DNA of 64,000 bases from Leptospiraceae bacterium (GCA_040217195.1 JAVJNR010000003.1:1-64000); one strand, 5' to 3'. Counted from the first letter of the stretch, positions 52,964-63,588 are shown. Notes: a model not told the origin generated them from the sequence alone. Translations and numbers: made by a program.

Positions 52964-54532
52964 ATGCAGAATAAAGAACGCTGGGGATCCAGAATTGGAG
53001 TCATACTTGCCGTAATGGGTAGCGCCATCGGCCTGGGAAACTTTCTGCGATTTCCTGGTCTGGCCGCCAAGTACGAAGGGGGAGCATTCATGATCCCCTA
53101 CTTCATCGCCCTGTTATTGCTGGGATTACCCATCGCCTGGTTGGAATGGTCCATGGGTCGATATGGCGGTGACCGAGGCTATCATTCAAGTCCTGGTATT
53201 TTTCGTGCCCTCTGGAAATGGAAAGGCTCTCCTTATTTTGGTTTTCTGGGCCTGCTTGTGCCGGTGGGTATTTACATGTATTACGTTTTTATCGAAGCGC
53301 TATGCCTGTACTATGCGTATCTCTATCTGGTAGGCGGTCTTCCTGAATTCAATGCGTTGAGTGGAGGGACTCCTTTTAAGGATTTGTTCGCCGCAGCCAC
53401 CGGATCGGGCGCGGATGGAAGTCTTTTTACAGGTACGCATCCCATACTGCTCTTTGTTCTGATTTGCTTCGCTCTGAATACCGGTATCATCTATAGAGGA
53501 CTTTCCAAAGGTATTGAGATTGTAACCCGAGTAGCCATACCGGTGCTCTTTCTATGTGCGATTCTGGTTCTGATTCGAGTGCTTTCCCTGGGCACTCCTG
53601 ATCCAGTCAACTTTCCGGACCGAAATGTGCTGGAAGGCCTGGGGTATATGTGGAACCCGGAGCCCAGGAACAAGACCTTCATGGAATCACTGCTCAATGC
53701 AGAAATGTGGATGGAAGCTGCGGGTCAGGTATTCTTCTCCCTTTCCGTTGGATTCGGTGTAATAATTACATATTCTAGCTATGTACGTCGCAACGAAGAT
53801 GTGGTATTATCGGGCACCACTTCTGCCTCTGGAAATATCTTCGCCGAGGTAGCACTGGGTGGACTGATTACCATTCCAGCAGCCTTTATCTTCCTTGGGC
53901 CTGCCGGAATCAGTGATTCCACTTTCGCTCTGGGCTTTGAGACTCTGCCACAGGTATTCCAGGCAATGCCCGTGGGTAACTTCTTTGGTTTTCTCTGGTT
54001 CTTTCTATTATTTCTGGCAGCCATTACCAGTTCGCTTTCCATGTTGCAGCCAGCCATTGCATTCTTCGAAGAGGGTCTGGGACTGGAAAGAAAGACATCG
54101 GTAACCTTTCTTGGATTAATCACTTTGATAGGTACGGGATTCGTGGCCTTCTTCAGTATGGGCAATAAAGGCCTGGGCTATATGGATTTCTGGGTGGGCA
54201 CCTTTGCCATCTATCTTCTGGCTATGTTGCAGGTAGTGGTTGGAGGTTGGTTTTTTGGTGCAGAAAAAGCCATTGATGAAGCCAACCGTGGATCCTACAT
54301 GAAGTTACCTAAATGGATGGGGTTCATCTGGAAATACGTTTCCCCGGCTTTTCTGATTGGAATTTTTGTTCTGTGGATACAGCAGGAGTTGCCCAAAAAG
54401 ATGGAGGCAATGGGCAAGGATTTAACAATGCAGCTCACCGTAACCTTCCTGATCGTGCTTTCCATTTTCTTCTTAATTTTGATTTCAGCAGCGGTGCGGC
54501 GATGGCGCCGGCAGGAAAAGGAGGATCTATGA
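52964..54532 (+). CDS. sodium-dependent transporter, NSS/SLC6 (LeuT-like) family
   Basis: RWGSRIG, GSAIGLGNFLRFP, GGAFMIPY, QVFFSLSVGFG. Confidence 0.95.
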   Translation: MQNKERWGSRIGVILAVMGSAIGLGNFLRFPGLAAKYEGGAFMIPYFIALLLLGLPIAWLEWSMGRYGGDRGYHSSPGIFRALWKWKGSPYFGFLGLLVPVGIYMYYVFIEALCLYYAYLYLVGGLPEFNALSGGTPFKDLFAAATGSGADGSLFTGTHPILLFVLICFALNTGIIYRGLSKGIEIVTRVAIPVLFLCAILVLIRVLSLGTPDPVNFPDRNVLEGLGYMWNPEPRNKTFMESLLNAEMWMEAAGQVFFSLSVGFGVIITYSSYVRRNEDVVLSGTTSASGNIFAEVALGGLITIPAAFIFLGPAGISDSTFALGFETLPQVFQAMPVGNFFGFLWFFLLFLAAITSSLSMLQPAIAFFEEGLGLERKTSVTFLGLITLIGTGFVAFFSMGNKGLGYMDFWVGTFAIYLLAMLQVVVGGWFFGAEKAIDEANRGSYMKLPKWMGFIWKYVSPAFLIGIFVLWIQQELPKKMEAMGKDLTMQLTVTFLIVLSIFFLILISAAVRRWRRQEKEDL

Positions 54533-54687
54533 CAATCGGCGGATGGATAGTAATGTCCCTATCAGTGGGATTTGTTACAGCATTATTTGGAACGACTCTG
54601 TTTATGATTCTGCGTAAAAAACCGGACCCCACAGAGCATATGCATTCCACAATGGACGAGACACCTGATATGAATCGAGATGAATGA
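54529..54687 (+). CDS. small single-TM protein, probable NSS accessory subunit
   Basis: AGGAGG RBS, ATGA overlap; MTIGGWIVMSLSVGFVTALFGTTLFMILRKK... Confidence 0.75.
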   Translation: MTIGGWIVMSLSVGFVTALFGTTLFMILRKKPDPTEHMHSTMDETPDMNRDE

Positions 54688-55480
54688 CCATATGAGTGAT
54701 TCAATTTCCCTGGAAAAAATCGATAATGGCCAGATAGCCATTCTATATTTAAATAATCCAGAGTCCAAAAACTCAATGACCCTGGAAATGGGACTGAGTT
54801 TTCATCGAGAACTCCATAACCTGGCGGCAGCTGATCCGCAGCCCCGTGCACTGATTATTACAGGAAAGAATGGCCTATTCTCCAGCGGGGGTGACCTGGG
54901 CCTTTTGCGCTCTTTCATGGAAAAAACCCGTAAAGACAATGAAGAATTCATGGAATCCTTTTACCGGTTATTTCTGGAAGTGCGTAACATGCCATTTCCA
55001 GTTCTTGCTGCAGTGAATGGCCATGCGATCGGGGCCAGTCTTGCCCTGGCTCTGGCCTGCGACCTGCGATACTTCGTTCCAGACGGAAAATATGCCTTTA
55101 ATTTTGTAAGGATTGGCATTCATCCAGGTATGGGGTCTAGCTTTCTGGCTCGTTCAGTGGCCGGGCTGCACCAGGCTCAAGAATTGCTGCTCACAGGTCG
55201 CCAGATCTCCGGCGAAGAGGCCATGCAAAGGGGACTGTGTCATAATATATATCCAAAAGATTCCGTTTTAGATAAGACAATTGAAGTGGCCCGGGAGATC
55301 GCAAGCGCGGCGCCGCAGGCGGTTCGCGCTCTGAAATCAGGACTGTACAGAGATTCCAACCTGGAGAAAACACTGAAATACGAAGCGGCCAGTCAGGCGG
55401 AAAACTATCTCACGGCTGATTTCAAGGAAGCCATGGATTCAATTCAGGAAAAGAGAAGTCCAGAATACAAAGACAAATAG
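54680..55480 (+). CDS. enoyl-CoA hydratase/isomerase family protein
   Basis: LNNPESKN, FSSGGDL, AAVNGHAIGA, LACD, GIHPGMG. Confidence 0.92.
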   Translation: MNDHMSDSISLEKIDNGQIAILYLNNPESKNSMTLEMGLSFHRELHNLAAADPQPRALIITGKNGLFSSGGDLGLLRSFMEKTRKDNEEFMESFYRLFLEVRNMPFPVLAAVNGHAIGASLALALACDLRYFVPDGKYAFNFVRIGIHPGMGSSFLARSVAGLHQAQELLLTGRQISGEEAMQRGLCHNIYPKDSVLDKTIEVAREIASAAPQAVRALKSGLYRDSNLEKTLKYEAASQAENYLTADFKEAMDSIQEKRSPEYKDK

Positions 55481-55564
55481 TAGGCCAGCCGCCCGGGGCC
55501 CGAACTCCCGCTGACTTGAAATTTGTCCGGGCGCCCTAACCCGGGCAAAAATCGGAAGAGCTCA

Positions 55565-56422
55565 ATGAAAAAACTCTCAGCTGCCATCATTACGTTCAAC
55601 GAAGAGAGCAATATTCGACATTGTATCGAATCCTGTCTGCCAGTGGCGGATGAAATTCTTATTCTGGATTCGCATAGCACCGACAAGACGGAATCCATTG
55701 CTCGAAGCTATGACAGAGTACGTTTCGAAACCCGGGATTTTGATGGTCACATAGAGCAAAAAAACGCAGCTATTGATCGCTGCAGCCATGAATGGATCCT
55801 TTCGCTGGATGCAGATGAAAGGGTTTCTCCGGAACTGCAGTCCAGTCTGAAAGCCTTTAAAGCGGAATCAGATGAGCATAGAAATGGATTTCGCCTGGCT
55901 CGATTGACCTTCCATATGGGTCGATTTATACGGCATTCTGGCTGGTATCCTCAAAGACGATACCGGCTATTTCGCAAAGGTAAGGCCCAGTGGGCTGGAG
56001 AGAATCCCCATGATTTTGTGGAAATCCAGGGCCAGGGCGGAGTTTTAAAAGGCGATATCATCCATTACAGCTTCAAAGACCTGTCCCACCAGGTAGATAC
56101 CGTAAATAAGTTTAGTTCCATTGTAGCCTTTACCAGGTTTCGCAAGGGCCGCCGGTTTCGTTGGCTACCGGTGCTCTACAAACCCTGGGGCAAATTCTGG
56201 GAAGTCTACTTATTTAAAAGGGGTTTCCTGGACGGATTTCCGGGCTTTGCCATTGCCGTGGCATCGGCTTTTTCTACCTTTCTTAAATTTGCGAAAATCT
56301 ACGAACTGGACCGTAAATTCATTGCTCGACCCTCCAATGTTCGTCTATCTTATGGAGAGAAAGAAACTCCGGAGAAGCCTGTGCATTTCCCTCAGAACTT
56401 TTCCGGAGGTGGTGAAGAATGA
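55565..56422 (+). CDS. glycosyltransferase family 2
   Basis: IITFNEE, DSHSTDKT, LSLDADE, GFLDG. Confidence 0.92.
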   Translation: MKKLSAAIITFNEESNIRHCIESCLPVADEILILDSHSTDKTESIARSYDRVRFETRDFDGHIEQKNAAIDRCSHEWILSLDADERVSPELQSSLKAFKAESDEHRNGFRLARLTFHMGRFIRHSGWYPQRRYRLFRKGKAQWAGENPHDFVEIQGQGGVLKGDIIHYSFKDLSHQVDTVNKFSSIVAFTRFRKGRRFRWLPVLYKPWGKFWEVYLFKRGFLDGFPGFAIAVASAFSTFLKFAKIYELDRKFIARPSNVRLSYGEKETPEKPVHFPQNFSGGGEE

Positions 56423-57420
56423 AGAAGGTAAAAGATATCCGTTACTGGGCCGGAGCCCTGATCTTTGTAGGACTGGGCCTTGTACTATATATGCAGTTTT
56501 TGAGCCCCGCCCGGCCTGCTGGCGATGGCAAGCATGAGCTGGTTTATGATCTCAAGCATGGCTCCGGGGCTTACAGTGTAGCCCGAGACTTGAGCGAAGC
56601 AGGAATCGTACGTTCCCCGGATTATTTTAAGCTATATATGCGTATCACCGGATTGCAGGATGAGCTAAAAGCCGGATCCTATGAACTGAATGATGGAATG
56701 TCCACCCATGAAGTGGCCAGTGTTCTCACCGAAGGGCGGGTCCGCATGGTACAATTCACCATTCCCGAGGGCTGGCATAACCGACAGATTGCAGAGCTGA
56801 TGGTGAAACGTGGCTTTGCCCAGAGCGAGGATGAATTTCTGGATCTGACCCGTGATCCAGAGATACTCAAAAAATACAAAATCCCTGCAAAAACTACAGA
56901 GGGTTATCTGTTTCCGGAAACCTATACAATCAGCCACGGTTATCCACTGGAAAAGATTCATGAAGCGATGATTCAAAGATTTTTCGCTCAGCTGGAGAAA
57001 GCCGATCCGCCAGAAAACCTATCTGCCAAAGATCTACATAAGAAACTGATACTTGCATCGATTATCGAACGAGAGGCCGCCAGAAAGGATGAACTTCCTC
57101 ATATGTCCCGGGTATTTCTCAATCGCATAGATAAAGGTATGCGACTGGAGTCTTGCGCCACCATTCAATATCTGCTGCCAGAACCCAGAGAAAAGTTATA
57201 CGAAAAGGATCTGCAGATAAAAAGCCCGTACAATACCTACGAGAATTCTGGAATGCCGCCCGGTCCAATATCCAATCCTGGCCTTGAAGCTTTGAAGGCT
57301 TCCTTTCATCCAGAAAAGGGAGATTTCCTTTTCTTTGTGCTCAAACCGGATGGCTCCCACCATTTTTCGAAAACCTTTCAGGAGCATGTGAAAGCAAAAC
57401 GAAAGTATCTGGGCTCCTGA
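56419..57420 (+). CDS. mltG: endolytic transglycosylase MltG
   Basis: TIPEG, EGYLFPETY, ASIIERE, SPYNTY, PPGPISNPG. Confidence 0.93.
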   Translation: MKKVKDIRYWAGALIFVGLGLVLYMQFLSPARPAGDGKHELVYDLKHGSGAYSVARDLSEAGIVRSPDYFKLYMRITGLQDELKAGSYELNDGMSTHEVASVLTEGRVRMVQFTIPEGWHNRQIAELMVKRGFAQSEDEFLDLTRDPEILKKYKIPAKTTEGYLFPETYTISHGYPLEKIHEAMIQRFFAQLEKADPPENLSAKDLHKKLILASIIEREAARKDELPHMSRVFLNRIDKGMRLESCATIQYLLPEPREKLYEKDLQIKSPYNTYENSGMPPGPISNPGLEALKASFHPEKGDFLFFVLKPDGSHHFSKTFQEHVKAKRKYLGS

Positions 57421-57595
57421 CAGAAACCGGTTAGCAGATGCAAGCTCCAGAATACCGGACCACTTTCTATATTCTGGATTTTTGCTCGAAAATGATATCT
57501 CCGGGAATCCACTGGAACGGTCAGGGAAATTCTTGCCTTAGAATCCAGATTCATCAGAGTGAGTGTACTTAACTTCCTTTGAGAAAGAGACACCC

Positions 57596-58240
57596 TTGGC
57601 AGACAAACAGAATCAGAAAAATCAAGCTCAGTCCGGGGACCTGAAGCGTATCCTGGACCAGCTGAAACAGCTTGAAGATGAAAATGGAAAGCTTCAGAAG
57701 GATTTGCAGGCTCGCCGGAAAGAAAGGGCTCGTCTGATCCAGGATCTCCGCAACCAGCACAAGCGGGCCGGCGAACGAGTAAAACTGCTGGACGCTCGTC
57801 TTCAGGCAGGCACCGAAAAGCTAAAGCAATTGCAGGGCCTGGTCGCTCGTCTGCGAGAATTGCAGCAGCAAAAGGAAGCCTTGATAGAGAAACTGGCCAT
57901 ACGACTTCAGATGGGGGTGGCCGATCCGACCAATGCAAAAACTCCGCCAGCGAAATCAGCTCCTTCTAGCAAGAAGTCCGCCCCAGCCGCGAATCAAGGT
58001 AGTTCTTCGGCCAAATCCGGTACCGGCAAAAAACCATCCAGTCCAACCAGTCCCGTTTCCACCGGCCAGAAGGAGAACACTGCCTCTCCTTCCTCCGCCG
58101 CAGGCACCGAAAATCCGGCTGCTTCTTCCGACCTGGGAGACTTGAAGCAACAGCTTGGTTCTCTGCTGAACGACGTGAAAAACATGAAGCGTACGCGAGT
58201 AAAACTGGAAAAGGAGATTGACCGCCTCAAAGGCGACTGA
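57596..58240 (+). CDS. coiled-coil protein with Ser/Ala/Lys/Pro-rich linker
   Basis: Heptad-rich N- and C-terminal segments; TTG start assumed. Confidence 0.7.
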   Translation: MADKQNQKNQAQSGDLKRILDQLKQLEDENGKLQKDLQARRKERARLIQDLRNQHKRAGERVKLLDARLQAGTEKLKQLQGLVARLRELQQQKEALIEKLAIRLQMGVADPTNAKTPPAKSAPSSKKSAPAANQGSSSAKSGTGKKPSSPTSPVSTGQKENTASPSSAAGTENPAASSDLGDLKQQLGSLLNDVKNMKRTRVKLEKEIDRLKGD

Positions 58241-58257
58241 ATCCTGTCCAGATCAGT

Positions 58258-58719
58258 ATGAGCCATCTATTGCCTACACAGAGAACCCCGCTAATTGCGG
58301 AGAAGAACATCGAAAAAAAATGGATTCTGGTGGATGCAGATGGGCAGAACCTGGGCCGCCTGGCAGCTCAGATTGCCTACAGACTGCGTGGTAAACACCG
58401 TGTGGATTTCTCCACGCATCAGGATCTGGGAGATTTCGTTGTTGTTGTAAATGCAGAGAAGATTCAGGTAACCGGTAAGAAACTGGACCAGAAAATCTAC
58501 CACAAGCACTCCGGATACACTGGCGGCTTAACATCCATGACTCTGCGCGAAAAACTGGAAAAAAACCCTGTGTCCGCAATGGAACTGGCTGTGAGACGTA
58601 TGCTGCCCAAAGGCTCTCTGGGTAGAAAAATGTTTCGCAATCTGAAGGTTTATGCAGGGACAGATCATCCCCATCAATCCCAGAAACCAGAAAGCTGGAC
58701 ACCAGCGCATCGAACGTAA
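58258..58719 (+). CDS. rplM: 50S ribosomal protein L13
   Basis: WILVDA, LGRLA, LRGKH, GDFVVVVNA, HSGYTGG, MLPK. Confidence 0.97.
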   Translation: MSHLLPTQRTPLIAEKNIEKKWILVDADGQNLGRLAAQIAYRLRGKHRVDFSTHQDLGDFVVVVNAEKIQVTGKKLDQKIYHKHSGYTGGLTSMTLREKLEKNPVSAMELAVRRMLPKGSLGRKMFRNLKVYAGTDHPHQSQKPESWTPAHRT

Positions 58720-58744
58720 GAATTAAATTTTAGAATAAGAGACT

Positions 58745-59137
58745 ATGGCAAGTACACAACCTACATACCTGGGCAGAAGAAAAACCTCCGTTGCGCGACT
58801 GCGAATGAGTAGCGGCGAAGGTCAGATTATCGTTAATGGTAAGCCCATTGAGCAATACTTCACTGTTCCCAGAATGATGCAGCATGCCACAGAAGGCCTG
58901 AAACTGGCTGGAAAAGAAGGCTCCCTGGATCTGAAAATCAATGTCAGAGGCGGAGGCATTAGCTCTCAATCAGGAGCTGTTCGACTGGCTCTGGCCAGGG
59001 CTCTTCAAACCGAGAATCCCCAGGTAAGGGAACCTCTGAAGAAAGCGGGGTTGCTGACCAGAGATCCTCGCATGGTGGAACGTAAAAAGTACGGACTGAG
59101 AAAAGCCCGAAGAGGAACTCAGTTCTCCAAACGTTGA
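58745..59137 (+). CDS. rpsI: 30S ribosomal protein S9
   Basis: GRRKTSVAR, GGG, LTRDPRMVERKKYG, QFSKR. Confidence 0.97.
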   Translation: MASTQPTYLGRRKTSVARLRMSSGEGQIIVNGKPIEQYFTVPRMMQHATEGLKLAGKEGSLDLKINVRGGGISSQSGAVRLALARALQTENPQVREPLKKAGLLTRDPRMVERKKYGLRKARRGTQFSKR

Positions 59138-59163
59138 TCTCAGATATGCAGGAGATCACTTTC

Positions 59164-59191
59164 AAAAGCCGCAGAAATCTGCGGCTTTTTT
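59164..59191 (+). terminator. intrinsic terminator of rplM-rpsI
   Basis: AAAAGCCGCAG-AAAT-CTGCGGCTTTTTT. Confidence 0.85.
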
Positions 59192-59204
59192 CATGCCTGC
59201 ACCA

Positions 59205-59219
59205 TGAGACTGATTCTCA
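59205..59219. promoter_or_regulatory. Fur-box-like operator upstream of feo operon
   Basis: TGAGACT-G-ATTCTCA, a 7-1-7 inverted repeat with one mismatch. Confidence 0.55.
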
Positions 59220-59362
59220 AAAAAATTTTGACGAACCAGGTCCTGTCCTCTTTCTTGAAAGCATACTGCAATGGAACACTCCAACTGTCAGTCTCCGTTT
59301 TCTGATCATTCGGAAATGGCTGAGAAAGAGGTGAAATCCAGTTTAGAAGCAATGAGGTAATC

Positions 59363-59512
59363 ATGACAATCTGGGAAATGGCAATCATAACTCTGGTAGT
59401 GTCCTCGGCGGGCACCTATCTAATTTTTCGAGCAATCAATCTCTTTCGTCTGGCTCGAAAGCCAGCCAGGAATTGTTCCTCTTCCTGCGGATGCAGCAAT
59501 GACTCTCGCTGA
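59363..59512 (+). CDS. FeoB-associated Cys-rich small membrane protein (49 aa)
   Basis: GAGG RBS; MTIWEMAIITLVVSSAGTYLIFRAINLFRLARKPARNCSSSCGCSNDSR; overlaps feoA start; below ORF-track cutoff. Confidence 0.75.
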   Translation: MTIWEMAIITLVVSSAGTYLIFRAINLFRLARKPARNCSSSCGCSNDSR

Positions 59513-59720
59513 TCTGAATCCGGGTCAAACCGGTATCATCCATTCTCTGGACGATTCAGATCCCTTTCTATTTCGACTTGCTGAGCTGGGATTTGTTCCC
59601 GGGGAAACAGTCCAGGTATTGAAAAGGGCCCCTCTGGGCGATCCGCTGGAAGTTAGAGTTATGGATTCCTCCATGTGTATTCGCATGGAGCAAGCGCGTC
59701 GTATTCAAATGAACAGCTAA
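59499..59720 (+). CDS. feoA: ferrous iron transport protein A
   Basis: RLAELGFVPG, APLGDPLEV. Confidence 0.93.
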   Translation: MTLADLNPGQTGIIHSLDDSDPFLFRLAELGFVPGETVQVLKRAPLGDPLEVRVMDSSMCIRMEQARRIQMNS

Positions 59721-59738
59721 TCCAGAGCAGAAATATAG

Positions 59739-61988
59739 ATGTCAAAAACAACTACCGAGACCGTTCGAATAGCATTAGTAGGAAACCCGAATACAGGCAA
59801 GACAACTCTATTCAATGTTCTTTGCGGAGCCAGACAGAAGACGGGTAACTATCCCGGGGTAACAGTCGAGAAAAAGACCGGCCTGGTTCCACCTTCACAA
59901 TACAATGATCATAGTTTTTCCGTCATTGACCTGCCCGGGCTTTATAGCCTGAGACCTGCCTCTCCCGATGAACGGGTATCTGCCAGAGTACTTCTGGACC
60001 GTCTGGAGGGACTGGAACGGCCCGGCCACATTGTATTTGTGGCCGATGCCACCAATCTGCAGAGAAATCTATATCTGTTCAGTCAAATCCGCGAGCTGGG
60101 TGTGCCTGTGCTGGTTGCACTAACCATGACGGATCTGCTTGAGAAATCCGGCCAGAAACTGAATGTTGATTCTCTGGAAAAAGAACTGGGATGCCCGGTG
60201 GTTCCTGTGGTGGCCGGAGATTCGGATTCAGTTCAGAAATTTCGTAAAAGGCTGGATGATTTCGTAAAGGAATCCCCATTACCGGTTCAGCATTTAAAGT
60301 ATGAAGAACCTCTGGAATCAATTCTGGATAGCTTTCTGAGTCGTGCCAGACAACACCATGAATTGAGTCGGCAGGAAGCCATTCAGTTGCTATTCTTTCC
60401 CCGGGACGAGCGTCAATGGGAACCCAATGAAGCCGTTCTGGAGTTGTCCGAAGAAGCCTCGGAAGAGCTCAAAAAAGCAGATCAGCAAAGCCCATCCTTC
60501 CTAACTCGAAATCGATATTCCTGGTCTCGAAAAATATGCGATGCAACCATTGAACGGGTGGAAGCCGCGAAGCCCACTTTCCGGGATCGCATGGACCGAT
60601 TCCTTACCGGCCGTTTTACAGGATTTACATCCTTTCTGGTTATAATGGCACTGGTATTTCAATCCATCTATGCCTGGGCCGGACCTCTTATGGATGGAAT
60701 TGAGTGGATCTTTTCTGCACTGGGTGAATTGGCCGGATCCGGATTGGAAGGCTCCCCGGTGCTTCAGTCCTTACTTGTGGATGGCATTCTTGCAGGTGTT
60801 GGTTCTGTTCTGGTATTTCTGCCACAGATCATGATCCTATTCGCCTTTATTGCAGTTCTTGAGGACTCCGGCTACCTGGCACGAACCGCCTTTATGATGG
60901 ATCGATTGCTTGGATGGACCGGTCTAAATGGTCGTTCCTTTATTCCTCTGCTGTCCAGTTTTGCATGCGCCATTCCTGGAGTCATGTCTGCCAGAGTCAT
61001 CGGCGATGAAAGAGCCCGGAAGGCTACCATTCTGGTGGCTCCGCTTATGAGCTGCTCGGCCAGATTACCGGTTTATGTATTGTTTATAGGTGCATTCATA
61101 GAACCTACCTATGGTGCTCTGTGGGCCGGGGTAATGCTATTTGTAATGCATTTTCTGGGTCTTCTGGTTGCAATGCCCGTTGCATTTATTCTGAATCGAG
61201 GATTTCTAAAAACGCCTCCCTCCCCCTTTGTACTGGAAATGCCTCCCTATCGGCTTCCCATGATTAAAAACGTGGCCATTCGAGTCTACGAGGCCGCCAA
61301 GAAATTCACCGTAAGGGCCGGCACGGTGATTTTCGCATTGAGTATTGTGATATGGGCCTTAAGTTACTTTCCATCTAGCAACGAAAAGATGCAGAGCCTG
61401 GAACTGCAATTTGACCAGAAAATAGAAAATCTACAATCAGAGATAAATGCCGAATTGCCTGCCACAGAAATACACAACCCTGGATTGGATTCAGATTCCG
61501 ATGAAACCAGCCTTGAAGAAACAGAGGCTCTTTCGCCGGTGGAAGAAATGGAAGCAAAGAAAGAACGGGCTCTGGCCGGTGCCAGACTGGAGGGTTCCTA
61601 TCTGGGCCAGGCCGGCAAATGGATGCAGCCAGCTTTCGCTCCTCTAGGGTTTGACTGGAAACTGACTGTTGGTGTATTAAGTGCCTTTCCTGCCCGTGAA
61701 GTAATTGTATCTACCCTGGGTATCATCTATAATGCATCCGATGAAGAAGAAGGCCTGAAACTGAGTCTGAAGTCTGCAAAGGATGAACAGGGCAATACTA
61801 TGTACGGTCCTCTTCATGCGATCACCATGATGGTATTCTTTGCGCTGTGTGCTCAATGTATGAGTACTCTGGTAGTTGTTCAAAAAGAACTGGGCTCCTG
61901 GAAATATGCAGTGTACACTTTCATCTATATGACGGCACTGGCCTATGTAGCTGCATGGATCGTATTTCAGGTTGGTTCTCTATTATAG
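59739..61988 (+). CDS. feoB: ferrous iron transport protein B
   Basis: GNPNTGKT, GNYPGVTVE, DLPGLYSL, EDSGYLAR, PLMSCSARL. Confidence 0.96.
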   Translation: MSKTTTETVRIALVGNPNTGKTTLFNVLCGARQKTGNYPGVTVEKKTGLVPPSQYNDHSFSVIDLPGLYSLRPASPDERVSARVLLDRLEGLERPGHIVFVADATNLQRNLYLFSQIRELGVPVLVALTMTDLLEKSGQKLNVDSLEKELGCPVVPVVAGDSDSVQKFRKRLDDFVKESPLPVQHLKYEEPLESILDSFLSRARQHHELSRQEAIQLLFFPRDERQWEPNEAVLELSEEASEELKKADQQSPSFLTRNRYSWSRKICDATIERVEAAKPTFRDRMDRFLTGRFTGFTSFLVIMALVFQSIYAWAGPLMDGIEWIFSALGELAGSGLEGSPVLQSLLVDGILAGVGSVLVFLPQIMILFAFIAVLEDSGYLARTAFMMDRLLGWTGLNGRSFIPLLSSFACAIPGVMSARVIGDERARKATILVAPLMSCSARLPVYVLFIGAFIEPTYGALWAGVMLFVMHFLGLLVAMPVAFILNRGFLKTPPSPFVLEMPPYRLPMIKNVAIRVYEAAKKFTVRAGTVIFALSIVIWALSYFPSSNEKMQSLELQFDQKIENLQSEINAELPATEIHNPGLDSDSDETSLEETEALSPVEEMEAKKERALAGARLEGSYLGQAGKWMQPAFAPLGFDWKLTVGVLSAFPAREVIVSTLGIIYNASDEEEGLKLSLKSAKDEQGNTMYGPLHAITMMVFFALCAQCMSTLVVVQKELGSWKYAVYTFIYMTALAYVAAWIVFQVGSLL

Positions 61989-62298
61989 TACTGAAGCTTT
62001 GCGCATTCGTTTAGAAGGATCCATTCCATCGGTGCGAAATTCTTTCTACCGGAGGGGCAGTCTGGACGTGGGCCCTGATTCCACGAAGGTATAACGGCGC
62101 GTCCCTTCAGCCGGCAATCTCGATGCGAGTCTGATCCACAACCGAAAGTCTATCTAAAAACCGTTGTAGCCTGAAAGATAGTTCCCTTGAATTGCCAGGC
62201 AGAATTGCACATCCCATTCAGTTCCCGGTTATATTACTTACCTGAGGGTGAAAAGCAGCCAGGGCAATCCTTGCCAGTTCCGGGAGGCATCAAATCAG

Positions 62299-63588
62299 TC
62301 AGGCGCCGGAGGTTCCGTAAATTGCTTCTCCTTCGCTTCTTGCAATTACAGCAGCTCCACAGGAATCGCTCCAAACATTTACAGCTGTGCGAAACATGTC
62401 CAGAATTCGATCCACAGTAATGATTAAACCCACCGCCTCAGCAGGAAGCCCCACTGCAGACAGAATAATTGTAATAGTTACCAGGCCGGCCATAGGAATT
62501 CCCGCGGCCCCCACAGAAGCAAGTAATGCAGTGAAAACTACAATTAGCTGCTCCGCAACACCGAGCTCAATACCATAGGCCTGTGCAATAAATAGAGTGG
62601 CCACGCATTCATACAGAGCCGTGCCATCCATATTTACCGTTGCACCCAGTGGTAATACGAAACTGGTAGTGCGATTGGAAATGCCTCCCTGTTTTTCGCA
62701 GCAATCCATGGTCAATGGCAACGTTGCACTGGAACTGGAAGTGGAAAAAGCCATCAGTAGAGCTGAGCCCATGGCTTTCAAATGCCTGAGAGGATTGAAT
62801 CCACCGTAAAATCGTAATATGGCAAAGAGGCTGACAAAGGCATGGACGAATAGAGCAATGATTACCACCGCCATATAGGTGCCCACGCTCTGGATGGACT
62901 GCATTAGATTACCTTCCAGATACTTCTCAGAAACCACTCCGGCAACAATTCCAAGAATTCCAAGAGGAGCGAATCTTACAATCCAGTCGGTAATTCGCAT
63001 CATCAGTTCAAAAGCTGACTGAAAAAAGCGAATCAAAGTGTCTCCATTTTCCTTTTCCATACGAAGGATGGCTGCCCCGGCCAAAAAGGCAAAGAAGATG
63101 ATTCCAAGCATATCATCTTGCATTAATGCCTGGAATAGGTTTCTCGGAATAATCTCAAGCAAGGTCTGGCTCAATGGTTTCACTTCAATGGATGAGTCCA
63201 GAATTTCTGGAGGCTCCATACCATCCCCGGGACGAATTAGATTTACCAGAACCAGACCGGTAGTAATGGCCAGCAGACTGGTCAGACCATAATAGCCCAG
63301 GGTTTTCAGTCCAAGACGCCCCAGAACGCTCGTAGCTCCGGACGAGTGCTCACCTTTCTCGGAGTCCGCGCCCAGACTCTGTTTCAGACCTGCTACGCCG
63401 CTAATGATGGAACATAGAATCAGAGGTGCCACAATCATCCGCAGAGCTCGCAGGAATAGATCTCCGGCCCAGGTTATGTAGCCGGCTTCGCCAGGCAGAA
63501 GAAATCCGTACAGCCCGCCCAGGATCAGTGCAGCCAGGATTTGCCAGTGCAATGGGATGGATAGAATGGAACGAATGGCTTTAGTCAT
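62299..63588 (-). CDS. dicarboxylate/amino acid:cation symporter (DAACS)
   Basis: AFSTSSSSATLP, GATVNMDGT, DRILDMFRT. Confidence 0.95.
   Translation of the reverse strand: MTKAIRSILSIPLHWQILAALILGGLYGFLLPGEAGYITWAGDLFLRALRMIVAPLILCSIISGVAGLKQSLGADSEKGEHSSGATSVLGRLGLKTLGYYGLTSLLAITTGLVLVNLIRPGDGMEPPEILDSSIEVKPLSQTLLEIIPRNLFQALMQDDMLGIIFFAFLAGAAILRMEKENGDTLIRFFQSAFELMMRITDWIVRFAPLGILGIVAGVVSEKYLEGNLMQSIQSVGTYMAVVIIALFVHAFVSLFAILRFYGGFNPLRHLKAMGSALLMAFSTSSSSATLPLTMDCCEKQGGISNRTTSFVLPLGATVNMDGTALYECVATLFIAQAYGIELGVAEQLIVVFTALLASVGAAGIPMAGLVTITIILSAVGLPAEAVGLIITVDRILDMFRTAVNVWSDSCGAAVIARSEGEAIYGTSGA

Noticed and set aside
62000..62295. Two CTYTCAGG-like words on the minus strand suggesting a glycine riboswitch
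   Set aside because: They lie downstream of the symporter and lack the GGAGA and GAAGG elements
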